DNA of 64,000 nucleotides from Polyangia bacterium (GTDB taxonomy: Bacteria > Myxococcota_A > Polyangia > JAAYKL01), in assembly GCA_050287845.1 (NCBI GenBank), contig JBNKCR010000012.1:38124-102123 (forward strand), written 5' to 3'. Position numbers and translations under genes: made by a program. Of this stretch, positions 43,401 to 52,600 are shown piece by piece. The notes below the pieces were generated by a model. That model saw only the letters and a list, made by a program, of their open reading frames with translations, did not search any database and was not told where the DNA came from. Each line of letters begins with the position of its first letter. The first letter of the stretch is position 1.

Positions 43401-45046
43401 ATGCTGGCTCGTGCAATGGAAATGGCACTTGCAGTGTGGTTTCCAACGAAGTGGTCTGTAGCTGTAATACGGGCTGGACCGGGGATACCTGCGACGCCTG
43501 CGCGGCGGGATATCACGATGACGGCGGTGAGTGCGTATTGAATGAAAGTTGTATTGCATCCAGTTGTTCTTATCACGGTGCATGCAGTGTTACGGCAGGA
43601 GTCGTGAGTTGCAGTTGTTCTACCGGTTACATTGGGGATTACTGTGAGAGCTGCGCTTCGGGCTATCATCTGAACTACGTTACCGGCAACTGCGTGATCG
43701 ATGAAGCATGTACCCAGGATGGGGCGGGCAGTTCCGACTGCAACGGAAACGGGTCGTGCGATGATTCAACGGGCATTGTGCTGTGCACATGCGAACAGGA
43801 ATGGAGCGGAGAGTACTGTTCGGTCTGCAACAATGGATATCATATGGATTCGGGCGTTTGCGTGGTGGACACCAGTTGCAGTGCATCGACATGCGCCAAT
43901 GGGGGCACGTGTGATGATTCTCTTGGGAGTCCTGCGTGCACTTGCGTCAGTAATTGGGATTCGGCCACCTTCTGTACCACCTGTGTGAGCGGATATCACG
44001 AAGCGGTGGGGGTCTGCGTGGCGGATGAAACCTGTGATATGAATTCATGCAGTGGACACGGGACCTGTTCCGTGGTGGGGGGACTCGTCACCTGCAGCTG
44101 TGACGGTGGATATGCAGGCGACGATTGCAGTCAGTGTGATACCGGTGGTGGATATTCCGCCTGCGATACAGTGTGCTGTTCGTCATCTGAAACCTGCTAC
44201 GGGGGCGCGTGTGTCACGCCATTGACCTGTAATGATTTGACGGGGCCAGATTTTGTGGAGTGTGGACCCACCGGCGTGGATGATGGCGCTGGTGGAACTG
44301 TGGACTGCGGTGACTGCGGCGCCAATGGTACGTGTTCCGCCGGTGTGTGCAGTTGCGATGACAACTACGGTGTCCTTGCGGATGAGCACGAATGCACCTA
44401 TGCCTGCGACGGATACATGCCCGCTCAGGATTGTTGTGATGGCGACTGGCTGGTGTACTGTTTCGGTGGCGCGCTGCAGATTTTTGATTGCGGAAATTCA
44501 TTTCCCAACAACACGTGTGGATGGTCTTCGGCAGATACCGAATTTTCCTGCGCCGATGACACCCTGCCCACAGATACGGATTACACCCCGGTTTGTCCGT
44601 CCAATATCGTGATTGACACGGAAGCGCCGGCTTGTGTGGATGATGGATATGAGGAAAACGACAGCGATGTGGCCGCCTATGAGATAACGTTTGGCAGCGG
44701 TGAAACCACGGCGGCGGTTGGTGGAACCAAGTGTCCCAGCGACTACGATATTTTCAGTGTGTATATGGATGCGGGAGAAACCATTACGGTGACACTGGAA
44801 TTTACACACAGTGACATTAATCTGGATTTGGGGTTGTGGTTTGATTCGATGGATGAATCCGGTTTTACCACGTTGCTGGATTACTCCTATTCTTCCACGA
44901 GTTCGAATAACCGGGAAGAGATTACATTTTCTGTTGGCGATCCGATGTATTCCGGTGATCCCACCACCGCAGGGTACTATCTCATTGAGATATATGAACC
45001 CTCCGGGGATTCCGGTGGATATCTGCTGACCGTCACCAAAAGTTAA
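40460..45046 (+). CDS. giant Cys-rich EGF-repeat lipoprotein with C-terminal PPC-like domain
   Basis: Hydrophobic signal with ITGC lipobox; over 20 CSGNGxC...CxCxxGWxGxxCxxCAxGYH repeats; C-terminal DDGYEEND...TITVTLEFTHSDINLDL. Start uncertain (40460 has GGGAG upstream; 40538 is an alternative). Confidence 0.85.
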   Translation: MRVFSLMSYLQIQTIQALCFRKNKSCMSPIALGLLGILAVGTGITGCSTSMVEPGNYLPDSDSIAEQGTDTSTDMDSSSESEEVVNCEDVDPCTEHGRCVVSDGESRCECDTGWDGEICDDCAAGWHLRGENCVLDEQCLSTSCAFHEVDGGCSVDDGVVECNCEGKWDADNHCATCLPGYHEKDDECVTDEYCVDGSKPCEHHGVCSEEAGSIICDCSRAGSSAADGRNWEGEYCEICPEGYHVDGDNCIQNESCEDDACGSNGHCVIVVSGTAACVCDSGWVQEDDNDDYSACTECATGYSHPDGDSSQCVPDAVCDNDTCGDGTCHTYTNGGIYCTCPTDSNLDPEQYCGACLTGFHFVSGTGCVADAVTCAVSDPCGDHGTCVYADGVKSCDCDPLYEGAVCNSCIDGYQDNDDNGDCAPNCETALANGLNCSGNGACSDSSGVAICECTDRWTGASCDECPQGNHLSSGECVANEECQSDSCNSHGTCTVSSTTGLVACACDEGWTDDGDNSCAVCAAGYQNTYDAESCQPSCATAVAAGLACGDHGDCALNTSTGEAFCDCDTGYAGDNCTMCDTGFHQEDTLCIANDASCEVNDPCGSHGTCVYSNGQKSCACDPLYSGDTCTVCVDGYQDNDVDGVCMPDCTTARTNGLDCGDNGYCMITAGLAGCQCDTGYAGADCGSCASGYHPDYTLNECVANDECTQDGANSSDCSGNGTCIDVTGIVACECNDGWDGLLCDVCASGYHSSGGDCLVNDSCTELGAGSTDCSGNGSCDDTGGVVVCSCDTGWTGASCNACASDYHLSVGDCVLNEQCTVNSCSGNGSCTVVDGLVSCSCAAGYTGSYCDACATNYHIDYITGDCVADEACTQDGAGSSDCNGNGSCNDGTGIVSCTCDAGWTGTTCDVCADDYHLSSGDCILNDQCQANSCNGHGTCSIVNGVLTCSCTGGFTAASYCADCTTGFHDGGGVCVLNESCNAGSCNGNGTCSVVSNEVVCSCNTGWTGDTCDACAAGYHDDGGECVLNESCIASSCSYHGACSVTAGVVSCSCSTGYIGDYCESCASGYHLNYVTGNCVIDEACTQDGAGSSDCNGNGSCDDSTGIVLCTCEQEWSGEYCSVCNNGYHMDSGVCVVDTSCSASTCANGGTCDDSLGSPACTCVSNWDSATFCTTCVSGYHEAVGVCVADETCDMNSCSGHGTCSVVGGLVTCSCDGGYAGDDCSQCDTGGGYSACDTVCCSSSETCYGGACVTPLTCNDLTGPDFVECGPTGVDDGAGGTVDCGDCGANGTCSAGVCSCDDNYGVLADEHECTYACDGYMPAQDCCDGDWLVYCFGGALQIFDCGNSFPNNTCGWSSADTEFSCADDTLPTDTDYTPVCPSNIVIDTEAPACVDDGYEENDSDVAAYEITFGSGETTAAVGGTKCPSDYDIFSVYMDAGETITVTLEFTHSDINLDLGLWFDSMDESGFTTLLDYSYSSTSSNNREEITFSVGDPMYSGDPTTAGYYLIEIYEPSGDSGGYLLTVTKS

Positions 45047-45128
45047 AACGGTATCAGTATAAAATCTGAGCACTATCCGCATGGGGGGATTGACTGTGTG
45101 TTTTTTGGAGATAATTTAGATCTTGGAG

Positions 45129-45299
45129 ATGAAAAACGTAAATCATAAAACGAGTGATGCCGGAATAGAAGACACAGGCAAGCCCAAAAAGCCTTATATC
45201 AAACCGGCGGTTCTCGAAGAAATTCAGTTGTCGACTTATTCTCTGGGATGTATGGGGCGGCCTCCCTGCAATCCGATTCAAGTTCCCAAAGGTAGCTGA
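45129..45299 (+). CDS. putative RiPP precursor peptide (56 aa)
   Basis: Hand translation: MKNVNHKTSDAGIEDTGKPKKPYIKPAVLEEIQLSTYSLGCMGRPPCNPIQVPKGS*; YxxP leader motif, two Cys in the C-terminal part; stop 3 bp before the next gene. Confidence 0.8.
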   Translation: MKNVNHKTSDAGIEDTGKPKKPYIKPAVLEEIQLSTYSLGCMGRPPCNPIQVPKGS

Positions 45300-45302
45300 A
45301 CA

Positions 45303-46130
45303 ATGCTGCAGTGGCGTATCGGTGATGTCACCATACGTGTGCAACTGGACCAGCGCCAGGTTCCGGAGGTGCTGTTGACCCAGTACCTGCCCTTTCAGAT
45401 CCCGGATGAAAGCATTCCAACCCCGGATATTCGGATTGATGCGGAACTGGTTTCGGATTGGTCGGAAGAGGTTGATCGATTTGAGGTGCGTTTTGAATCC
45501 AGCTCGGGAATGGCACACGGTTCGGCAATTGATGTGCGCTCTCTGGGGGCAACCGGTCAGTTCCGGGTGATTAAGCCGGCCAGATTGCACGGGCGATTCC
45601 GGTTGGATGGTCAATCAGCGGCGCCGTTGGACCGACTGTTGCGCCTTTCACTGGCGTTGTACTTTGGTCAGTTCAGCAACGGCGCACTGCTTCATTCGTC
45701 GGGGGTATTGTCCAATGAGGGGGTTTGGTTGTTTGCAGGTCCCTCGGGCACGGGAAAGAGCACCATTGCCAGAGAGTTGCGAGGGAGCAGAACCTTTTTT
45801 ACCGAGGATATTGCAGTGCTCCGATTGGATGGAAACCGCCGGGTTACGGCATGGTCGACACCATTTGGCAAAGGCGATGTGATGACCGTTCAGCCTGCCA
45901 GCGAGAAAGTGATGGGCATTCTGTTTCTGGAGCAGGGAACACAACCCGGGCGGGAGTCATTGACCGTGGGCGAGTATGCCAGACGTCTGTACTGCGAGAC
46001 GCGATACTACGACAGGGATGTTTTTGATGCCGATGGTTTTCTGGGATTCTGTGACAGACTGTACCAGACCGGACTATGCGAGAAATTAACGTTTGCGCCC
46101 AATGAGTTGTTCTGGAACCTGTTGGAGTAG
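45303..46130 (+). CDS. HPr kinase-related P-loop protein
   Basis: ALLHSSGV...VWLFAGPSGTGKST...FTEDIAVL...TPF, the His / Walker A / acidic-pair layout of HprK-like kinases. Confidence 0.8.
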   Translation: MLQWRIGDVTIRVQLDQRQVPEVLLTQYLPFQIPDESIPTPDIRIDAELVSDWSEEVDRFEVRFESSSGMAHGSAIDVRSLGATGQFRVIKPARLHGRFRLDGQSAAPLDRLLRLSLALYFGQFSNGALLHSSGVLSNEGVWLFAGPSGTGKSTIARELRGSRTFFTEDIAVLRLDGNRRVTAWSTPFGKGDVMTVQPASEKVMGILFLEQGTQPGRESLTVGEYARRLYCETRYYDRDVFDADGFLGFCDRLYQTGLCEKLTFAPNELFWNLLE

Positions 46131-46173
46131 TGTTGGCGACAGCAGCCTTTCGAATTGTCGCAAGGAAATGAAC

Positions 46174-46473
46174 ATGAAAGAAAACGAGCGAAGCGAATTT
46201 AAAATCGGAAGCCATGTGGCCTATCGGTTGATCGGAGACGAAGTGGTCATTGTGGATTCGCGGAGCAGCGAGATGCTCACGTTGAACAGCACGGCGTCTG
46301 TGATTTGGATGCATGTGACCCGGGGAATTCCCCGGGATGAAATAGCGAATGTGCTGGCCGGGGAGTTCGACGTGACGCATGGGGAAGCCCTGGAAGATAT
46401 TGCGGCATTTATCGGGAACATGATTTCCCGCGGCCTGATTCTGAAACCCGACTCCCTGCGGGAGGCGCTTTGA
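46174..46473 (+). CDS. PqqD family RiPP recognition element (stand-alone RRE)
   Basis: RLIGDEVVIV...LTLNSTASVIW...LAGEFDV...EDIAAFIGNMISRGLI; AAGGA RBS. Confidence 0.9.
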   Translation: MKENERSEFKIGSHVAYRLIGDEVVIVDSRSSEMLTLNSTASVIWMHVTRGIPRDEIANVLAGEFDVTHGEALEDIAAFIGNMISRGLILKPDSLREAL

Positions 46474-47540
46474 CAGATACCTGCGGACAGAAAATCGTCC
46501 ATGCAGATGAGGGGCATGTGTTTTCCCGCCTTATCCGGAAAAGTTCCGGACCTCTCTGGGTGACGCTGGAACTGACGCGGCGGTGTAATCTGGCGTGTCC
46601 CCATTGTTACCAGGGACATCAGCAGCACGATGAACTGGCGTTCGACGCGGTGATGTCGGTGCTCGACCAGCTTGCCGCGCTGGGAACGATGTTTCTCACG
46701 ATAACTGGCGGCGAAGTGGCAGCGCACCCCGGAGTGATGGACATCCTGCGCGGTGCCGGGGAGAAGCGGTTTGTGATAAAGCTGAAGACCAACGGCACCC
46801 TGTGGCAACCGGACGACCTGGCGCAGTTGCGACAACTGTCGATTTCAGAAGTGCATGTGAGTTTGTACCATGTTTCGCCGACAAAACACGATGGGTTCGT
46901 GGGGATGCCCGGTGCCCATGATCGAACTGTAAACGTGATTCGGTATTTTCATGAACACGGCATTGCGGTGCGCGTGATGGTGGTGTTGATGAACTGGAAC
47001 CTGGACGCGGCGCGACCTCTTGCGGACTGGTGTGTGCGCAACGGCGTTCCCCATACATTCGATTTTCGGATTGAACCCATGGAAGATGGCCAGATGACAT
47101 CGGTGAAGTATCAGGCCGATGTCGACGCACTTGCGGACATTCTGCCCCGAATCGACTTTTTCGCCCCACAGTTACCCGTTCGTGAGGGAGCGCCAGCCGC
47201 TGCCGAGCCGGTCTGCGCACTCGGACAAAGCAGTCTGCTCATTACGGCATCCGGCGATGTATACCCCTGTGGTGTGGCCCGCGTCCTGTGGCTGGGCAAT
47301 ATTTATCAGCAGTCCATCGGGCAAATCTGGGGCAGCGACCGACGGCTGCAGCTGTCCCAACTGACCTGGGGCGACGACGACGCCTGTCTGCACTGCGAGC
47401 AATCCGTTTTCTGTCATCGCTGCCCGGTGACTTCTGCGGTGACCCACGGCGACTACACCCGGCATTCGTCCCTCGATTGCCAGATGGCCACCGCACGTCG
47501 TCTGGCGGTGTCCCGGCTGCACGCAACGGGAAAGAAGTGA
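46470..47540 (+). CDS. radical SAM/SPASM domain maturase
   Basis: CNLACPHC, ITGGE, KTNG; SPASM CALG...GDVYPC...LGNI...CLHC...CHRCP...DC; TTG start overlaps the PqqD stop. Confidence 0.92.
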   Translation: MTDTCGQKIVHADEGHVFSRLIRKSSGPLWVTLELTRRCNLACPHCYQGHQQHDELAFDAVMSVLDQLAALGTMFLTITGGEVAAHPGVMDILRGAGEKRFVIKLKTNGTLWQPDDLAQLRQLSISEVHVSLYHVSPTKHDGFVGMPGAHDRTVNVIRYFHEHGIAVRVMVVLMNWNLDAARPLADWCVRNGVPHTFDFRIEPMEDGQMTSVKYQADVDALADILPRIDFFAPQLPVREGAPAAAEPVCALGQSSLLITASGDVYPCGVARVLWLGNIYQQSIGQIWGSDRRLQLSQLTWGDDDACLHCEQSVFCHRCPVTSAVTHGDYTRHSSLDCQMATARRLAVSRLHATGKK

Positions 47541-47546
47541 AACCAC

Positions 47547-47969
47547 ATGGAAATTTCAGTCCGCGGTACATCAATGCTGCCATTCATCCCGCCGGGCAGC
47601 CGCGTCGAGGTGGAAAGGCTTCCCCCGGAAAACGTGAAGGTCGGGGACGTGGTCTGCTACATCGACGAAAGTGCATGGGCGTTGACCCATCGGGTGGTGA
47701 ATGTGGAAAACCGGGCGGATGGAATTCTGTTTCGGGTGCGGGGAGATGCGCAGGCGGATTGCCGCGAGGTGACGTCGGCGTCGGTGGTGTATGTGGTCAG
47801 ACGAGTGAGATATGGCTGGTTTTCATATGGGTGTGATGAAGGTATTGGTCAGATTATCTCGCGGATTACCACCAGCGATGCGCCGCCGCAGAAACTGGCC
47901 CGGAACGCACTGATAACCCTGTGGGAAGCCGCGGCGCAGCTTCGGCAGTTGTACCGGAAATTTCAGTGA
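47547..47969 (+). CDS. S24/S26 family peptidase (signal-peptidase-like, no TM anchor)
   Basis: GTSMLP, GDVV, THRVV, RGDA motifs. Confidence 0.85.
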   Translation: MEISVRGTSMLPFIPPGSRVEVERLPPENVKVGDVVCYIDESAWALTHRVVNVENRADGILFRVRGDAQADCREVTSASVVYVVRRVRYGWFSYGCDEGIGQIISRITTSDAPPQKLARNALITLWEAAAQLRQLYRKFQ

Positions 47970-48086
47970 GTCAAATGGGTCCGAACACTGCGTTTTTTCG
48001 TTCGTGAGATGAACAGAATGATCGGTGTGTGAAATCTCTCTGGTATAATTTTTCGGTAATGTTACACTTTCGCTCTGGAGAAAACT

Positions 48087-49523
48087 GTGTATCGAACATC
48101 TGCTAAAATCCGTTTGTTTTCAGTGGTTACCGGGGTAATTCTTGCGGTGCTGGCGCTGCCACTTCTCCAACAGACCCCTGAAGAATTCCCCCGTGCTGCA
48201 GTATTGGCCGCAGTGTTTGCGCTGGGGACAATCATCGGTGCCGTATTGCTGTATCTGGGGGGCAGATTTCAGAAACGTCAGATCGACGCCAGGGTACGCG
48301 AAGTGGCGGAACTGGAAATTCGACTGCGGAGCTTAAAAAGGCAGAACGAGGCGTTACTGGCTGAGAAAAAAGGTGAAAAGCGTGAGCAGCGCCACGCCAC
48401 CAAGCTGGAGGCATTGGGCCGGCTGGCAGGGGGCATCTCCCACGATGTCAACAATGTGCTCGCATCCATTATGAGCATCGCCTCCACCATGAAACTCGAC
48501 ATGAATGTGAGCAATTGTCACGGTTCCACCGAGGATGTGAATGACATTCTGGATGCCTGTCGTCGGGGGCGGGACCTGACATTGTCTCTGCTCGGGTTCG
48601 CCCGCAAAGGGGATTTTCTGAAACGACCCATCTCTTTGGTCAAAGAAATTGAAGACATTCGAAAACTGCTGCTTCGGGTTTCGCCCAAATCACTCAGCAT
48701 CCGTCTGGATTTTGAGTCCGATATTCCCCAGATAGAAGGGGATCCCAGTGAAATCAAAAATGTGCTGATGAATCTGTGCATCAACGGGATTGACGCCATG
48801 GCCGGGGAGGGAGAACTGACCGTTTCCCTGAAAAGAAAGAAACTCACCACTTCCACCGAAATGCTGACCCCCGGGTCGTATGTGCTTCTGCAGGTAACCG
48901 ATACCGGAGAAGGTATGACCGAAGAGACGCTGCGACGGGCGTTTGAGCCGTTTTACACCACAAAGCCGGAAGGCAAGGGTACCGGCCTTGGATTGCCCCG
49001 GGTGTGGACCATCGTACAGGAACACGCCGGCAGCGTGGAAATTGACAGCGACTCCGGTGTGGGGACCACATTCAATGTGATGTTTCCCGCGCTCGACGAA
49101 GCGCGCGAAGATCCGGGAATCCGCGGCAGCCGTCCCCCAGTGAAAAATCGCGAGCAGCACACTGTGTTGCTGGTGGATGACGAAGCGCTGATTCGGAAGA
49201 GTACCCGTCGGATATTTGAGAGAATAGGTTACCAGGTGCATGTGGCGGAAGACGGGCAGCGCGCAATTCAAATTCTCCAGCAGCACCGGGATAAGATTGA
49301 TCTGATTGTGCTCGACATGATTATGCCCATCATGGATGGACCGGCCACCTTCAGGGTCGCCCGTGATATCCGTCCGGATATTCCCATTATTCTGTGTTCC
49401 GGGTACAGCAAGGACGACAGCGCCACGGAACTTCTGAAAAACGATAATGTCGGATTTGTTCAGAAACCCTTCAGCGTCGGCGAAATTTCATCTCGAATGT
49501 CCCAGATTCTGGGGCTGGAATAG
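48087..49523 (+). CDS. hybrid sensor histidine kinase / response regulator
   Basis: Two TM; LAGGISHDVNN, NLCINGIDAM, DTGEGM, FEPFYTTK, GTGLGL; receiver LLVDDE, LDMIMP, QKPF. Confidence 0.93.
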   Translation: MYRTSAKIRLFSVVTGVILAVLALPLLQQTPEEFPRAAVLAAVFALGTIIGAVLLYLGGRFQKRQIDARVREVAELEIRLRSLKRQNEALLAEKKGEKREQRHATKLEALGRLAGGISHDVNNVLASIMSIASTMKLDMNVSNCHGSTEDVNDILDACRRGRDLTLSLLGFARKGDFLKRPISLVKEIEDIRKLLLRVSPKSLSIRLDFESDIPQIEGDPSEIKNVLMNLCINGIDAMAGEGELTVSLKRKKLTTSTEMLTPGSYVLLQVTDTGEGMTEETLRRAFEPFYTTKPEGKGTGLGLPRVWTIVQEHAGSVEIDSDSGVGTTFNVMFPALDEAREDPGIRGSRPPVKNREQHTVLLVDDEALIRKSTRRIFERIGYQVHVAEDGQRAIQILQQHRDKIDLIVLDMIMPIMDGPATFRVARDIRPDIPIILCSGYSKDDSATELLKNDNVGFVQKPFSVGEISSRMSQILGLE

Positions 49524-49605
49524 TTTGAACGAAAATCCGGCATGGTCAGATCTTCGTGTCTGCCCCGGGATGACCGCCCCGGAAGATTCCCCATCCTGCC
49601 GATAA

Positions 49606-52600
49606 TCAGTTGTCTTTGGGATTGAATTTGCTGTGGGAACGCCAGATAGGCGGTCTGGGTGAAACAGGTGGCGGCGCCAGAGTGGGTCGACCTTCCTTGC
49701 GGCGTCTGTACTGTGCGTGAATTTCGTATGAGAAATTGTCGAGAATTTCGGGGTCCACCGGATCACCATTCAGATACAGGGTGAGACTCGGAAGCCCTTC
49801 TTTTTCTGAAATGTGGTGTAACTGGTTTTCCGAAATTTTATTGGGCATACATTCCAGCGGGCCCACACTGACCATCCCGTCAATCATGTTGTGGCGCCAC
49901 TCGTGAAGCGGCCCACCAATGGTAAGCACCGATTCTCCGCTCAGATGCTCTCGGATGTATGGTTTCGCTGCCGCCAGGGCGTCCTGTACTGTGGTCCGCG
50001 TATGCCAGCCCATGACATCGGCCATGGAATAGTACAGCAGGTGCTGCATATTGGCCTGCAGATAGGAACTCACCCAGTCGGATGCCTGCTTGATTTGACC
50101 ATCCTGGTAGTCCGTGTATTCCAGCCATTCATTGAACGGGGCAAACTTGCAGCGAATCCCCCGTTTTTCCAGATTGTCGATAACAAAGTCATTGCTGAAC
50201 GGGTCGCACCGCACATACATCTCGCCGGTCACCAGCACTTCGGGCATTTCTTTGTCCGTCATCACCTCGCGGTAGGCTTTCGCCGCGCGCCGCAATAAAT
50301 CCGTGATGCCAAACAGATGTCCCGACATCACATTGCTGATGGCCACTCCCATGGAGAGGGTGGAGTGGCGGACATATTCTTCGAGCATATTCTCCAGCTC
50401 CCTGCGGTAGTAGTTCCACACTTCGGTGGCTGCACCTTTTCTATTCTCCACGGGGCGACTGGTGTACAGCCCTTCCAGCAAATAGTCGGACGACGCAAGT
50501 GCCGCATAGGCCACGGCTGCAAAAGCGTCCGGAACCGTGGCAAAATAGTCGTCGTCAATGGGGGCCCAGATACTCACTTTTTCGAGAATTCCCAGCCGTT
50601 CAAATACGATGCGATCGAGCACATTGTAGGCGCCGAAGCGACAGGGACCATTGGCCGTGGGCATGAAAAAGGAAAAGTGGACAGATTCGTCCTCTTCTCT
50701 GAGCACTCGCTGTAAAAAGCTGCCAAGGGTGATTACCATGGGGAAGCATTCCTTGCCCGAAGTGTAGCGACGCCCCAGACTCAGGGCTTCCGCATCAGGC
50801 ATCGGCAACGATTCCGCTTTCATCCCCAGACCGCGAAGCGCACCGGAAAGGGTTTCCGCACCGGGCCCCATGCGGGGAAGGAGCACGGTGGACCCGCGTT
50901 GCATAATGTCGTCCAGTCCATCGGTCTCACTCTGCAGCGCCATGAAATCCCTGGGATCGGCCGATGCTGACGCACTGGTCAACTGGTCTTCATGTACGCA
51001 ATACAGGAATGCCTCGATTCGGGTTTTGGTGCCCGCGTCACCGCTGTGGCCGTCGGTTTCAATGATGGCGCAGGGTTTCCCCTCCATGATGTAATTGTAA
51101 AAATGAACATTGAAACTGTCCGGCCCACACGAATAGTTGCTGCAGTACAGACTGAACAGCCCGGGGGTGCGACGAATCTGATGAGCAGCGCGGAGATTCT
51201 TCTGGCCATATCCCCAGAATCCTTTGGGGAAAATGGGTGTCTCCGGATCGATGGGGTAGCAATCCACCGGCACCGCGATGGCCCCCTGTTCCCGCAGAAT
51301 ACTCGGTACGTTTGAATTGAGCACATCATTGTAAATTGTGTACGTTCTGCCAAGGACCACCACCGGTGTTACGCCCGTCTTCTCACAGAATTCCAGAGCA
51401 TGTCGGCCCACCCGGATACAATCATGGTCAAATTTTTCCTGCACCGCGGCTGCCCGTCTCACTACCGACCGCCAATCTTTGTGGGCAACCCCCAGTTCTT
51501 CCACCAGCGCTTTCATGCTCTCCATAAACAGCACGGACTCAAAATTCTTCTTTCCGATATTGATGACCGGTGAAATGATTTTTGCGCTGATCTGCTCTCC
51601 GAAGTCGGCGATAACCATGTCCGCTGACCCCTGAACAATGGGGCAGAGTCTCGCCCATGGCTCGGTGCCAATGCGCTGGGTGCCGCGTACCATGGGTAAA
51701 AAGAGGTACTCCGCCTTGCTTTCGGACATTTCGCTCACCACACCGTGGTACTGCTGCATGGGGGCGCAGAACGGTACGTTGGCATCTTCAATGCCCCGCT
51801 TCAGCGTTGCCTGATCGGCGGTCATGTGCAGTTCGAGGTCAAAGCCCAGCTCGTACAGGAAGGTGGTAAAATACGGAAACAGGCTTTTGAGCACGAACTG
51901 ATCGGTAATGGCGATGGTGGGATGCCCCGGTCTCTTCCTGAACTTCTCGCAGATGTCCAGCACCAGTTCTTCCCGCTCCTTGAACGGATTGGGCGCTAAA
52001 TCCGGCAGTTTCTTCTTCCCGGTGCCTTTGTCATACAGCGAACAGCCACCACCCCAGGTGAATTTCTGGGTCACGCCTTCGACAACCGTGGTAATCCGGT
52101 CAATACGGCAATAGTTACCGCTGCCCCCGCATCCCTTGGTGGATTTGCAGGTGAACACGTCTTTTTTTATAATCTCCGCGTTCAGAAACCGGTACAGGTC
52201 CATTCCCTCTTCGGGGGTAGACAGTTCTTTCAAACTGAGCAGGGCAATCCCCAGCGCACCCACCGTTCCCGGATTGGGGGGAACAATCACCTTTGCTCCG
52301 GTCTGACGCACCACCGATGCCGCGAGTGCATCGGATGCGAAGGGCATGCCCTGGCAGAAAATCACCTTGCCCACGGAACGACTGCCCTTCACCCGATTGA
52401 GATAGTTCTGAATAATAGAATCATAAATACCGGCAATGATCGATTGTTGCGGCACATGGGAAGCCACTGCTTCATCAATGATTTCGGCCATAAAAACGCT
52501 GCAATGCTGTCCCAGCGACACGCCGCTGTCCGCCTGCAGGGCTTCATTCGCCAGGTGAATCACATTCTGAATTCCCTGAAATTTCCGGCCCTGTTCCTCT

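Noticed and set aside
46174..47540. PQQ biosynthesis (pqqD/pqqE)
   Set aside because: No pqqB/pqqC nearby and the peptide does not resemble a short PqqA with an ExxxY motif.
45129..47969. Lasso peptide cluster (YxxP leader, RRE, HprK-like kinase)
   Set aside because: No asparagine-synthetase-like cyclase or transglutaminase-like B2 peptidase, and the putative core lacks an Asp/Glu for macrolactam formation.
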